Source: Selaginella moellendorffii (taxonomy: Eukaryota > Plantae > Lycopodiophyta). Taken from it: 64,000 nucleotides of DNA. The position numbers and the translations under genes are program-made. Below, piece after piece: positions 27,702 to 39,670 of this stretch. The DNA is taken from positions 186,001 through 250,000 of the forward strand of contig NW_003314362.1 in NCBI RefSeq assembly GCF_000143415.4, given 5' to 3'. Positions within the stretch are counted from its first letter, which is position 1. Each line of letters begins with the position of its first letter. The notes beneath the pieces were generated by a model, which ran no database searches, was not told the origin of the DNA, and worked only from the letters and a program-made list of their open reading frames with translations.

Positions 27702-27849
27702 GTATGAACGAGGGATTTCTCTTCTCCGCAAAGTCGCTCTCGGCAGCGTTGCTGGAGCTAAATCTTCTCTCGTGCCGATCCCCCCGAATGATCCACGGTT
27801 CAGGCTCTTGGATCGCGCGATATTCCCTTTCGCTGGCAAATGCGAGCAG

Positions 27850-28300
27850 CAAGAACAGGGCATTCGATCGATGCGGCGTCAATCTTGTTCGATTATCGTC
27901 TCCTGGAACGCGATGGTCACCGCGTATGTGGCGGCATCCCGCATCCGAGAGTGTGAGTCTATGTTTGATTGCGTCTCAGAGCGCCATGGAACTCGATGAT
28001 AATGGCTCTCGCGCAGCAGGGGCAAATTGTGGCAGCGAAATCGAGCTTGGGCAAAAACGCCGGCCAAGGATCTGGTGTCCTGGACGAATCTACTGCCCAG
28101 AATGACAGGACGTTCCATGGGTTCCCCTTCCAGCAGTGAATAGCAGAGGAAGAAATCTTTGATTTCATGCCGGATGAAGACGGTATTGATTCGGCCAGTA
28201 GCTGCTCTCCAGGATCCGCGCGTGGATCCTCTGGCCTCGCAGCCCCTGGATGTCGTCCACGTGGACAATCAGATGGATTCCAAATCTTGTTTTTCAAATA
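27850..28300 (+). pseudogene. PPR fragment (repeated in each unit)
   Basis: IVSWNAMVTAY...SMFD, WNSMIMALAQQG and KDLVSWT in broken frames. Confidence 0.7.
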
Positions 28301-28332
28301 AGAGGTGCTGAAATAATATTTTGTTATCTCCC

Positions 28333-28468
28333 AGTGTTCATGGCTTTGTGGTTATAGCATGCACGCTGTAATGTTCTATTGTGAAGGGTTGCTGGGTTCG
28401 ATTCCCATCCGCCTCGACTTTCAATTAAGAATAGTACGGTGTTAGGGTCGCCCCCTAACATGAACACT
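28333..28468 (+). other. 136 bp tRNA-like element, type 2, with 10 bp inverted ends (copies 37740-37875, 48399-48535, 59023-59158)
   Basis: AGTGTTCATG ... CATGAACACT ends, A-box-like TGGCTTTGTGG, B-box GGTTCGATTCCC and hairpin TGTTAGGG-TCGCC-CCCTAACA. Confidence 0.6.
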
Positions 28469-30707
28469 ATTTTATTATTTTATTATTAAATTAACCGAAC
28501 TTTTAAACGCAGTTTATATTAGTGGTAACTACAAACAAATAAAAGGTTAAGAGCGATACATCACAGCCGTTGGATTAAAGGATATCTTAGAATATACCAT
28601 CCAAACCGTTAGATTTTAGTGCGGCTACGGTTTCGCGAGGTGAGAGAGACTCGGGTATTCGTCTTCCTCTGTGCAGCGGAAAGCTGCCATCTCTCGATGT
28701 TTGGGTGGCTTGAATCCCTCGGAGCTCTCCATCCGGTTGCACCCAGACAAAGGCCACGTTTTCCATCCCCTCTCTCTCAACTACACAACGGGCCTGTCGT
28801 GCCGGACTTGGGACGAGCTGGTCCAGGAGCTCAGCTGCATCTATTCTGACGCAATTGCTTCGCTCCCTGACACATTCCTTCCGGACGCCAAGACGCGGCA
28901 AAATGCGGCGATCATCCAAGGCATCCAGCCGCCCAAGGACGAAAGGGAGCCGGCTTGGATGTCGAAAACCGAAAACCGAAAGATTCCAAGGATTCAAATG
29001 AAGAAACCTCGATACCCAAAGAGCCTCACCATGGATTTTAGACGATTCCTGGTGCCGGATAGCCACACACAAAAAAAATTCAAAAAATGGATGGATTTAA
29101 CAGCAAATGAAATCAATCAAGATGTGGACGTTAGATCTTGCTTCACCTGATATATAGAAGCGACTATGTTCAGGAAGTGAAATCTCCCATTACCAAGACA
29201 AAATATGTAGATCCTATTTTAAAAGCTTCGAAGTGATTACTGTATTGATGCTATTCGTGATGGATAAAGTAGTATCCTAAGAATTGCAACGACTTCCATC
29301 ATTAGGACCATCCAAGGCGTCGTTGCCCTCACGAAGAACAGCTTCGGTCAAATCCCGGAGAAGAATCCAGTACCGTGGATCCTCGCATGTTCACGAGATC
29401 CTGCGCAAGACCATTGTCTGCTGGATAGCTCTCACGCAAGTTTCAACTTGAGCGCCGCCAGGAGCATGTTTGAGAGCATGAAGATGCGCACCTTGGTTTC
29501 CTGGACCACCAACGCTCAAAACGCTTGAAGGACAAAATCAGGAGTCAGAACCATACTCAGGTGCTTCAATCCCTTTCGAAAGCTTCCACAGTCAGACCGT
29601 TTGCTTCTACATCCCAAAGAAACCAGGGGATACCTCCAAACCATTCAAACGCCATTTCAGCAGCATTCACTCTCTGCGTTATCTCTTTGGCTTCTTCCGA
29701 TCCACTCTCGTAGTCTGTCACGCGTTTCCTCCAAGAAGACACAAGAGCATCGCACTCCTGCTTTTCCCACGCAGGCAGATAGCGAGTGAACGTTGTCCGC
29801 TTGGCTTTTCTGACATTGAACTCGTCTGGTGATGAAGCAGCAACAAGGGTTTTTATTTCCAACCATCCGCCCCAAGTCCACTCACAGATCGATGAGATGG
29901 TATCTACTTTGCTGTCCAGCACAATCTCCTGAGGGAAGTCTTCTCTATTCACCACCCTGAGCTTTGTTACCCTTGAACATCAAAACAGTCGCTCTGGACT
30001 CGTAGATCATGACCGGAAGTACCAGACGAATGCAGGCTTACCAACCCCGGAATTTCCATTCAAATGGCAGCACAACATCCACATGAACGGCACCAGGATC
30101 TTCCTGATCTCTTTGTACAACCGGTTTTTTTTGCAGGTGAGTAAGCTTTCACGGTTTCAGAGCAATATATTATTGCCAAGAAAAGGCATCAAAAGTTGGA
30201 GCAGGATTTGAAAGGATCGAAACCTATGGACCTCCAAGCTTTGACAACCAAGTGAAGAATAGATGGGACCAGGGTGCCTGGATCAAATCAAACTCGAGCT
30301 CAGCCAAGCCATCTTCCACGACAATACCTTAAACGGCTGTTGCTGGTTCTTGTTGCAGCATACTTACGCTTTGTTTCTCAAAAGTAGCCTTTGCATCAGC
30401 TGCTTGTCAGCTTGAGACGAAGAGTCCGCCCATTTTGTTTGCCATGGCCTCGCCAGAGCATGGAGCAAGTGAGAGTTTCATTCCATCGAGAAGAGAATGG
30501 TTTCTTTCTTGAGCTTGACTGCAGCAGATTTCTCTAGACATGCAAAACAACAGAAATCTTATAAACCCACCTTGCATATGTCTCATGAATAAGTTCGGAC
30601 TTTTCAGGAGTATCGGTGGGCCTCAAGCTCCTCTTTGTTTATAAATTGTTTATAAATGTAAATGCTCTTGTGCAGGAAGCTTATGAATACTTCTTATGAA
30701 AAGCACC

Positions 30708-31600
30708 TCAACTCTTGTATCCATTTTCGTGGCTCGATTTTGGTAGCATCTGTAACGTTATGTGGCTGTAGAGTGGCTGTTGCCTGATGCATTCTTGAAA
30801 CACTTTGCTCTCTTTAACAGAAGAAACAGTCTGTTGTAACACACAAAGCTTAGACATTTTTCCCAAAAGGAAAGAAATATACCTTGAGGTATAGTCTGAA
30901 GCCGTGTCCCACAACTTGACGCCCAAGGAAGTTAATCACCCATGTCGGAACAAGGTCGAGCTTAAGGTCCAGGTGTATTACTGCTCTGTAAAAGAAATAG
31001 TGACTATCTTAAGAAGAAAACAAAAAAAAAAAAAAAAACTAATAGTGTACCTTATGTAGCATTTCTCGTCGCTAATCTTCTGGAGGATGAATCCACCGTT
31101 GGCTTCCATGCGAATGACGCCCTCTTTTGGAGGAGGCAAATGAGAAGCATTAAAACCATGGATGGTCTCCTTGACGATAGTCTCTACTTCCTGGGGGACC
31201 TGGCAAATCACCACCATTGGAGTGAATAAAATAACAAAAGAGGCACAGTGATTGATAGCTTAACTGTTCGCAAGCAGCCAACCACGGCATCCAATTCAGG
31301 TAGCTCCAGTTCGAAAGACGTGACCAGCATTTCTCTTGTCGCAAACGGCCATGGAACCTTGCACCTGGCAAGAGCTTGTAGAATTTAAACGCGGGACGGA
31401 GGAGCTGCTGCACTACCACCAGCGTTGTGGCTTTTGGATTGATCAGCAGGGCACAAGGGATGTACGTTGTAGTGAAAGCATTGCTTTCCCACAGTTCATC
31501 TTTCGCCCTTTTTGCTCTGAATACTCTTGTTGTGGACAGCCACCTTTTGGCCCCGAGTACTTTCCATGCATTGCCCCCTCTTCTTCACACAGGGTGTGAC
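30708..31600 (-). pseudogene. START/SRPBCC-like lipid-binding protein pseudogene (copies at 41340-42230 and 51994-52880)
   Basis: Spliced reading PKEGVIRMEANGGFILQKISDEKCYIR|AVIHLDLKLDLVPTWVINFLGRQVVGHGFRLYLK|TVSSVK with intact GT-AG introns; the upstream part is frameshifted. Confidence 0.7.
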
Positions 31601-32141
31601 TTGAAATTTCATGGATTTTTTCTTGTTGCTGCTAGGAACAAGCATCAAACTTGGATAGAACACGACAAGAAAGCCCCTTGATGAAATCTCAAGCTCCCCA
31701 GGATTTGAAAGAACAGAGAAGTACCTCCAGCCTTGTACTCTTAACTTTGCTGCTAATCAAGAGCATGCCTGGATCAATTTAATCTTCAATGCTCAACCAA
31801 GCCATCTTCGGACATTCAGTCGTTGGATGCAGGGAAACCTTGTTTCTCAAAAGAAGAAAAGGTAGGTTATCCCAGGGATTCAGTGGTGAAATCTTCATTC
31901 CATAATGGTTTCTTTCTTGAGCTTGACAACCGCAGAAAGGATGACAGCCTTATAAAACGTTCCCACGGGTTTAGAAAGGATGCTTAGAAATGAGCGAGAG
32001 CTTGCGCCGTTATGGTGAAGGTATGATATACGTTAAGAAGCAATTAGTGTCCGATTTGGACGGGAACCTGATGGCAAGGTCACAGGTTCGAATCCACAGC
32101 CAGAGACCCAATCAAAACATTTTGCAACGCTTCTCCCTCCT

Positions 32142-32342
32142 TTGCATCTTGCAAGCTACTGTGATCAGAGCGAGCTCTTCTGCCTGCAGTCATCTCGGGA
32201 TGAGAACTACTTGTCGTCCATAGCCCAAGACTACAGCATGTCCACGATCATGGAACACTTAAGATGCTTGGTGGATCTGCTGGGGAGATCTGGGAAGCTA
32301 GACGAGGCCAGTGTCGAGCCAAATTTCAGCGCTGGAGAATGA
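32142..32342 (+). pseudogene. PPR C-terminal fragment (copies at 42761 and 53411)
   Basis: SIAQDYSMSTIMEHLRCLVDLLGRSGKLDEA is a typical final L2/S2 PLS motif. Confidence 0.7.
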
Positions 32343-35300
32343 AAGAGTGGGGAAAAGTCCGATGCTAGTTGGACCTGTCCTCTGGGCTGGAGATCATGAC
32401 TCACAGCCATTCAAAGGTTGCCAAAACTCTTGGGCATCGGTAAACCGATGTCCAGGGTCGTGTCCTGTCTCTGCTCCGCTATAGCTGGCGTTCCAGCTTG
32501 CAGAGTGTGCCGCTCAGCGTTCGTGTTCTTCCTTGGCAGTCTGCAGCACTCTGTGCGATCGTAACGAGGCTGCATTGCGAGTCACGCGAGGCGCAAGTTC
32601 CTCCTCCAAATCTATTATCGTTCCAAGCGAGAGACACATTCCAGGATCCTTTCTCTCTGGGCTAGATCGACCACTGTCTTTTTTGTCTCTCGAGCCTGCG
32701 GGAGGGAGAAACAAGGAAATTCCAATATCGCGGAGAAACTCCAACATCGCCTACACTTGAAAAAAGTGTTTTTAGGTGGTTCTCTGGCTGTGGATTCGAA
32801 CCTGTGACCTTGCCAATAAATCTCAGATACAGGTTCCCGTCCAAATTAAACATTAATAGCCTGTTAAAGTGTTTCGCTTCACGCGTGCTGATTTCTTGTT
32901 CCGTATCAATCACGTGCGCAAGGTCGCGCGAACGTTTCCAAGCCTCTCTTCTTGGTTCCAAGATTTTTTTTGGAGCAAAATTTGTTTCTCGGAACAAGAA
33001 AAGTTTCTGGAAAATGAGCAAGTTTGATTTGATCCAACCACCCTCTTGAAGAGCAGAGTTGAGAGGCATCTGGAAATGTCAAGAGTGGAGGTTGGGGTAT
33101 TTATTTGTTTCTCTCTTCTTTGCAAGATCAAATCCTCTGGCCATGTTCAAGACCATGAAATTAAATACTCACTCCCAAGGCACATCCCTGATTTGGTGCA
33201 ACTGATTAGACTCAGAACCTGAGGATTGATGCACCAGTGATTCCGTTGTTATTCACTGCAGCCTGTGAGAGCCTTGATCGAGCGTCAGGTGAGAGCAAAG
33301 AAGAAGCATGACAAGCGGTGGAATGATACAACACAATGATCTGCAAGGACCCACGTCAAGCCACTGCGAGAAACTAGAGAGAAGAAAGGCTACGCTCTCG
33401 CTCAGCTCCACTCTTTCTTACATGAGATTGGCACAAGCGCGGCAGTCAAACGCTGCTCGAAAGTGTGGAGCAGCGTATCGTTATCCAGGTCGTCAGTAGT
33501 CCTCGGCCATTCGCTATTTTGACGAAGCATGTAGGAGGAGCTAGTGGTGGATTCAAACTTGGACACCCCCTCTAGCTGAAATGCAATGATACTTTCGTAG
33601 ACAAGGCTGCATTGCGAGTCACGCGGGCTGCAAGTTTAAGCTCCTCTCCTCGTCCAAACCTGTTGGCGTTCAAGCGAGCAATGCTGAGACGCGTTCCAGC
33701 ATGACTTTAAAGCAAAAGGAAGAGTCTGGGCTAGATCGACACACTGACCATGATCATCGTGGCTGCTGCTGCTGCTCAAGCACTCCAGCGAATTCCATAA
33801 AGACCCACCGGCAAATTCTTGCGCGAGCGAAGTAAAATTTAATTGGGTCTCTGGCTGTGGGTTCGAACCTGTGACCTTGCCAATAATTGTTTTTATTCTA
33901 GCCAGATATCCGGCCAACAGGTTCCCGTCCAAATTATGCATTAATAGCTTGTTAACGTGTTTGTTACTTTCATGAATCGTTTCTTGAAATTCTGGGCATG
34001 GCGCTCAGCTGGCACGCGAATGTTTCCCATCAGTTTGATTTGATCCAGGCACCCCCCTCAAGAGCACCGGTGTGTTCTGCCCAAGAGATTCGAGTTGCAA
34101 GGCATCTGGAAATGTCAAGAGTGCTGAAGGTTCTCTCTTCTTCGCAAGATGAAACCCTTAATTCATCAAGACACCACCCAAAAGCTTCCAGTCTGATGCT
34201 TGTTCCTATAGAAAAACCATGTTCAAAACCATGAAACAAAACAGAACATCTTTGAGTTGGTGCAACTAACTTAGACTCAGAACCTAAAGCTTGTTGCATC
34301 AGTGATATCCACTGTAGTCTAGTCCCAGAGTACGTTGTGAGAGCCTTGATCGAGCATCAGGTGAGAGCAAACAATTCCTCAAGAGCTGCTTGCAGGTTTA
34401 GACTCTGCATAGCTGATGGCTGACAAGAGAAGAAGCATGGCAAGCGAGGCGATGATACAACACAAGGATCTGCGAGGTTCGAAGAAGTCCCTCAACTGCT
34501 CCTGGGTACGTTAAGCCACTGCGAGCGTGGTAAGGGACATGAAAACGTGACTCCACTAGCCTAGTCACACCCACAAGCTTACGCGAAGCACTGCACTCGG
34601 ACACATCGCTTGGCGAAAATCGAAAGGTGGCAAAGATGAGGAATGAAGCTCAAGACAGTCTCTTGTGCGTTCTTGAGCGATCTGGACAAGAGTATATACA
34701 TACCGCTTTAAATCACAAAAGCAATGCTTGTGATGCTTGCTTTGCGAGGTATTGTTTGAAGGCTTGTCTTGGTTTGAGCCAGACCGGATCATCCAGCCAA
34801 GCGCAGCAGACAAGCGCTGCTCGGGTGAGGAACTTCCTTGTTGGAATGCGAGCGAAAGTGCGGAGCAGCGTATCGTTATCCAGGTCGCCCAATGGTGGCA
34901 GCGTCACCTCTGCTATCGCTGCCCTTGCGCCATTTGCTATTTGGACGAAGCTTACATGTAGTTAACGAATGGTTCCATCGCATTGTTCTTGACGACGAGG
35001 AGGAGACGCTGCTCTGATCGTCATAGATTCCTCGCGAATTTCGTCATGGAAATGTATGGAAAGTGCGGGCGCGCCGCGGATGCCTTGGGTGTCCTCCACA
35101 AAATGGAAGATGGAAATGTTTTCTTCTGGAACGCATTTGCCCACAGCAGGCAAATGCCAGAAGTTCTGGTGCTCTTTCGGCAAATGCTCGTCGATATCGA
35201 ATTCTTGCAGCTATCAAAGGCGATGTGGCGGAGATCCAGGTGAGAAACACATGGTGAGAAACACCAGGAACCTCGACTTAAGTTGGCAGAAGGCCCGCTC

Positions 35301-38300
35301 CAGGCCTGGTTGAAAGACTACTGCTGGAGGGTAAATCAACCACGGCCTTTGGAGGAGGCCATACCCCTGCTGTCTGATCTCCTCGCAATCCTGGAGCTGA
35401 GACAATAACACCGTCACCATCTTTGGCTTGTCGTTGTAGTAATTGGAGCTTGGGGCGGCGATTGGGATGTGGCGCCGATCAGGCTGGGATGCCAGTCTCG
35501 AGCTCACACGGCAATGCCCTGGTTCCACCCGATGCAAGTGTCTGTCCAGTTCTTGGCAGAAGAAGATCTCGGCGATGGCATGCTCGCCAACGGAGCACCG
35601 TAACGCGGCGATGATTAGCGCGCGGATCGGCATTGATAGCTGCCAAGGGAAATAACTGGATGCTCGAAAAAGAGTAACAAGGGCAAATGCCGCGATCGCA
35701 ATCTTCCACGAGAAAGAACCTCGATCTTTCATCTTCTGGAAGATTTCCAGCGCCCGCACTTTCCATACCTTTCTATGACCAGATTAGCAAGGAACCTCGA
35801 GGCCGCTGGAGACGATTTTCCTCGTGGATGCGCCTTCCCCCTCCCAGATCTGTGCTCACCGCATTCTCGCCCAGGCGCCCACCGCTGGAGATCGCTCCTC
35901 CTTCCTGCAAATCTTCGCTGGATGGCACCTCCTCGTCAAGGCTCAAGCACGATGCCATGGAAAACCACCGCCATTGCCATTATACGCTACTGCTGCACAT
36001 TTTCGATCCAGGGGGCTCTTTACCCGGGCGGTGTGCTGCTGCCGGGCGTGCTCTATGAGTCGAGCAGCATGGTCTTTCTTCTCAGTCTTAGACATCTTCA
36101 AACTAGGCTCACAAGCACAAGCACTGCTTTTCCGCGGTATGTATGGTTCTTCTCGTGCTCATTTTGTTTATACTCTTGTCCAGTCCAGATCACTTCATTC
36201 CTCATCTTCGCCACCCTTTGGCCTCGAGCATTTTCCAAGATAAAATGGAGGCCTGTAGTTCATCAACATCCAAGGCGTGGAGTGACCACAGCGCAACGTG
36301 TGATGAGATGAGTTGGTGACCTGGTATACGTTTTTTGTGTTATGCCATCTGCTCTTTGGAAACTTTTGAGAAAGCTGGCTCTGAGCTGATTGAGTTTGAG
36401 CTTGGTCAAGGCTCTCACAGGTTTATTGGATCTCTGGTGCAACCCTGGAGTTTTGTTTGCGGGTGAGTAAGCTTTCACGGTTTCAGAGCAATATATTATA
36501 TTATTGCCAAGAGAAGGCATCAAAACTTGGAGCTCCAGAGTCTCACGCCCCGAGGATTTGAAAGGATCCAAACCTATGGACCTCCAGCTTGGACAACCAA
36601 GTGAAGAATAGATTCCCGGGACCATGGTGCCTGGATCAAATCAAACTCGAGCTCAGACAAGCCATCTTCCAGAACAATATCTTAAACGGATGTTGCTGGT
36701 TCTTGTTGCAGCATACTTATACTTTGTTTCTCAAAAGTAGCTTCTGCATCAGCTGCTTGCTCAGATTGAGATGCAGAGTCCATCCAACCCGTTTTGTTTG
36801 CCATGGCCTCGCCAGAGCATGGACAAAGTGAGAGTTTCATTCCATCGAGAAGAGAATGGTTTCTTTCTTGAGCTTGACAGCAGCAACGCGCTGCGCGCCA
36901 TGCGCCCACAAAACGAAAATCTCTTGCGCCGCTGTTTACATGATGGTATACGTTAAGAAGCAATTAGTGTAGACTTTGGACGGGAACCTGATGGCCGGAT
37001 ATCTGGCTAGAATAAAAAAATATATTGGCAAGGTCACAGGTTCGAACCCACAGCCAGAGACCCAATCAAATTTTTTTGTATGAACGAGGGATTTCTCTTC
37101 TCCGCAAAGTCGCTCTCGGCAGCGTTGCTGGAGCTAAATCTTCTCTCGTGCCGATCCCCCCAAATGATCCACGCCGCCGCGCCGGGTTCAGGCTCTTGGA
37201 TCGCGCGATATTCCCTTTCGCTGGCAAATGCGAGCAGCAAGAACAGGGCATTCGATGGATGCGGCGTCAATCTTGTTCGATTATCGTCTCCTGGAACGCG
37301 ATGGTCACCGCGTATGTGGCGGCATCCCGCATCCGAGAGTGAGAGTCTATGTTTGATTGCGTCTCAGAGCGCCATGGAACTCGATGATAATGGCTCTCGC
37401 GCAGCAGGGGCAAATTGTGGCAGCGAAATCGAGCTTGGGCAAAAACGCCGGCCAAGGATCTGGTGTCCTGGACGAATCTACTGCCCAGAATGACAGGACG
37501 TTCCATGGGTTCCCCTTCCAGCAGTGAATAGCAGAGGGGGGATTTGGCCACCTCCAAAGAAATGTTTGATTTCATGCCGGATGAAGACGGTATTGATTCG
37601 GCCAGTAGCTGCTCTCCAGGATCCGCGCGTGGATCCTCTGGCCTCGCAGCCCCTGGATGTCGTCCACGTGGACAATCAGATAGATTCCAAATCTTGTTTT
37701 TCAAATAAGAGGTGCTGAAATAATATTTTGTTATCTCCCAGTGTTCATGGCTTTGTGGTTATAGCATGCACGCTGTAATGTTCTATTGTGAAGGGTTGCT
37801 GGGTTCGATTCCCATCCGCCTCAACTTTCAATTAAGAATAGTACGGTGTTAGGGTCGCCCCCTAACATGAACACTATTTTATTATTTTATTATTAAATTA
37901 ACTGAACTTTTAAACGCAGTTTATATTAGTGGTAACTACAAACAAATAAAAGGTTAAGAGCGATACATCACAGCCGTTGGATTAAAGGATATTTTAGAAT
38001 ATACCATCCAAACCGTTAGATTTTAGTGCGGCTACGGTTTCGCGAGGTGAGAGAGACTCGGGTATTCGTCTTCCTCTGTGCAGCGGAAAGCTGCCATCTC
38101 TCGATGTTTGGGTGGCTTGAATCCCTCGGAGCTCTCCATCCGGTTGCACCCAGACAAAGGCCACGTTTTCCATCCCCTCTCTCTCAACTACACAACGGGC
38201 CTGTCGTGCCGGACTTGGGACGAGCTGGTCCAGGAGCTCAGCTGCATCTATTCTGACGCAATTGCTTCGCTCCCTGACACATTCCTTCCGGACGCCAAGA

Positions 38301-38972
38301 CGCGGCAAAATGCGGCGATCATCCAAGGCATCCAGCCGCCCAAGGACGAAAGGGAGCCGGCTTGGATGTCGAAAACCGAAAACCGAAAGATTCCAAGGAT
38401 TCAAATGAAGAAACCTCGATACCCAAAGAGCCTCACCATGGATTTTAGACGATTCCTGGTGCCGGATAGCCACACACAAAAAAAATTCAAAAAATGGATG
38501 GATTTAACAGCAAATGAAATCAATCAAGATGTGGACGTTAGATCTTGCTTCACCTGATATATAGAAGCGACTATGTTCAGGAAGTGAAATCTCCCATTAC
38601 CAAGACAAAATATGTAGATCCTATTTTAAAAGCTTCGAAGTGATTACTGTATTGATGCTATTCGTGATGGATAAAGTAGTATCCTAAGAATTGCAACGAC
38701 TTCCATCATTAGGACCATCCAAGGCGTCGTTGCCCTCACAAAGAACAGCTTCGGTCAAATCCCGGAGAAGAATCCAGTACCGTGGATCCTCGCATGTTCA
38801 CGAGATCCTGCGCAAGACCATTGTCTGCTGGATAGCTCTCACGCAAGTTTCAACTTGAGCGCCGCCAGGAGCATGTTTGAGAGCATGAAGATGCGCACCT
38901 TGGTTTCCTGGACCACCAACGCTCAAAACGCTTGAAGGACAAAATCAGGAGTCAGAACCATACTCAGGTGCT

Positions 38973-39670
38973 TCAATCCCTTTCGAAAGCTTCCACAGTC
39001 AGACCGTTTGCTTCTACATCCCAAAGAAACCAGGGGATACCTCCAAACCATTCAAACGCCATTTCAGCAGCATTCACTCTCTGCGTTATCTCTTTGGCTT
39101 CTTCCGATCCACTCTCGTAGTCTGTCACGCGTTTCCTCCAAGAAGACACAAGAGCATCGCACTCCTGCTTTTCCCACGCAGGCAGATAGCGAGTGAACGT
39201 TGTCCGCTTGGCTTTTCTGACATTGAACTCGTCTGGTGATGAAGCAGCAACAAGGGTTTTATTTCCAACCATCCGCCCCAAGTCCACTCACAGATCGATG
39301 AGATGGTATCTACTTTGCTGTCCAGCACAATCTCCTGAGGGAAGTCTTCTCTATTCACCACCCTGAGCTTTGTTACCCTTGAACATCAAAACAGTCGCTC
39401 TGGACTCGTAGATCATGACCGGAAGTACCAGACGAATGCAGATTTACCAACCCCCGAATTTCCATTCAAATGGCAGCACAACATCCACATGAACGGCACC
39501 AGGATCTTCCTGATCTCTTTGTACAACCCATCGAATATCTCCTTCACGTACAGCTTCAGAATATTGCTGTGGAATGTGGGCAGACGAGCACCTTGAGCAA
39601 GAAATTTCATCCGTTCCAGATGGAACATTGATCCACCATGCCTGCTGAGATCTCCTAACATAGACTGCAT
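38973..39670 (-). pseudogene. Crinkler/RHS-family-like P-loop NTPase fragment (also 29566-30121 truncated, 49605-50330, 60248-60945)
   Basis: KLYVKEIFDGLY, Walker A GNSGVGKS followed by AFVWY, TLVAASSPD, RYLPAWEKQE and FEWFGGIPW occur in the order seen in CRN/RHS NTPases. Internal stops are present. Confidence 0.6.

Noticed and set aside
27575-28468. Functional tRNA genes
   Set aside because: B-boxes are present, but no complete cloverleaf or assignable anticodon could be built.
32361-32372. CTAG|T at the apparent unit junction as a Helitron 3' end
   Set aside because: There is no convincing subterminal hairpin or adjacent 5' TC. The junction is better explained by microhomology-mediated deletion, and the unit phase is arbitrary.
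32380-32560. Possible DYW-domain remnant (GNLRMAVSH) on the minus strand
   Set aside because: Only a few residues resemble the motif; HSEKLA and CxDCH are absent.
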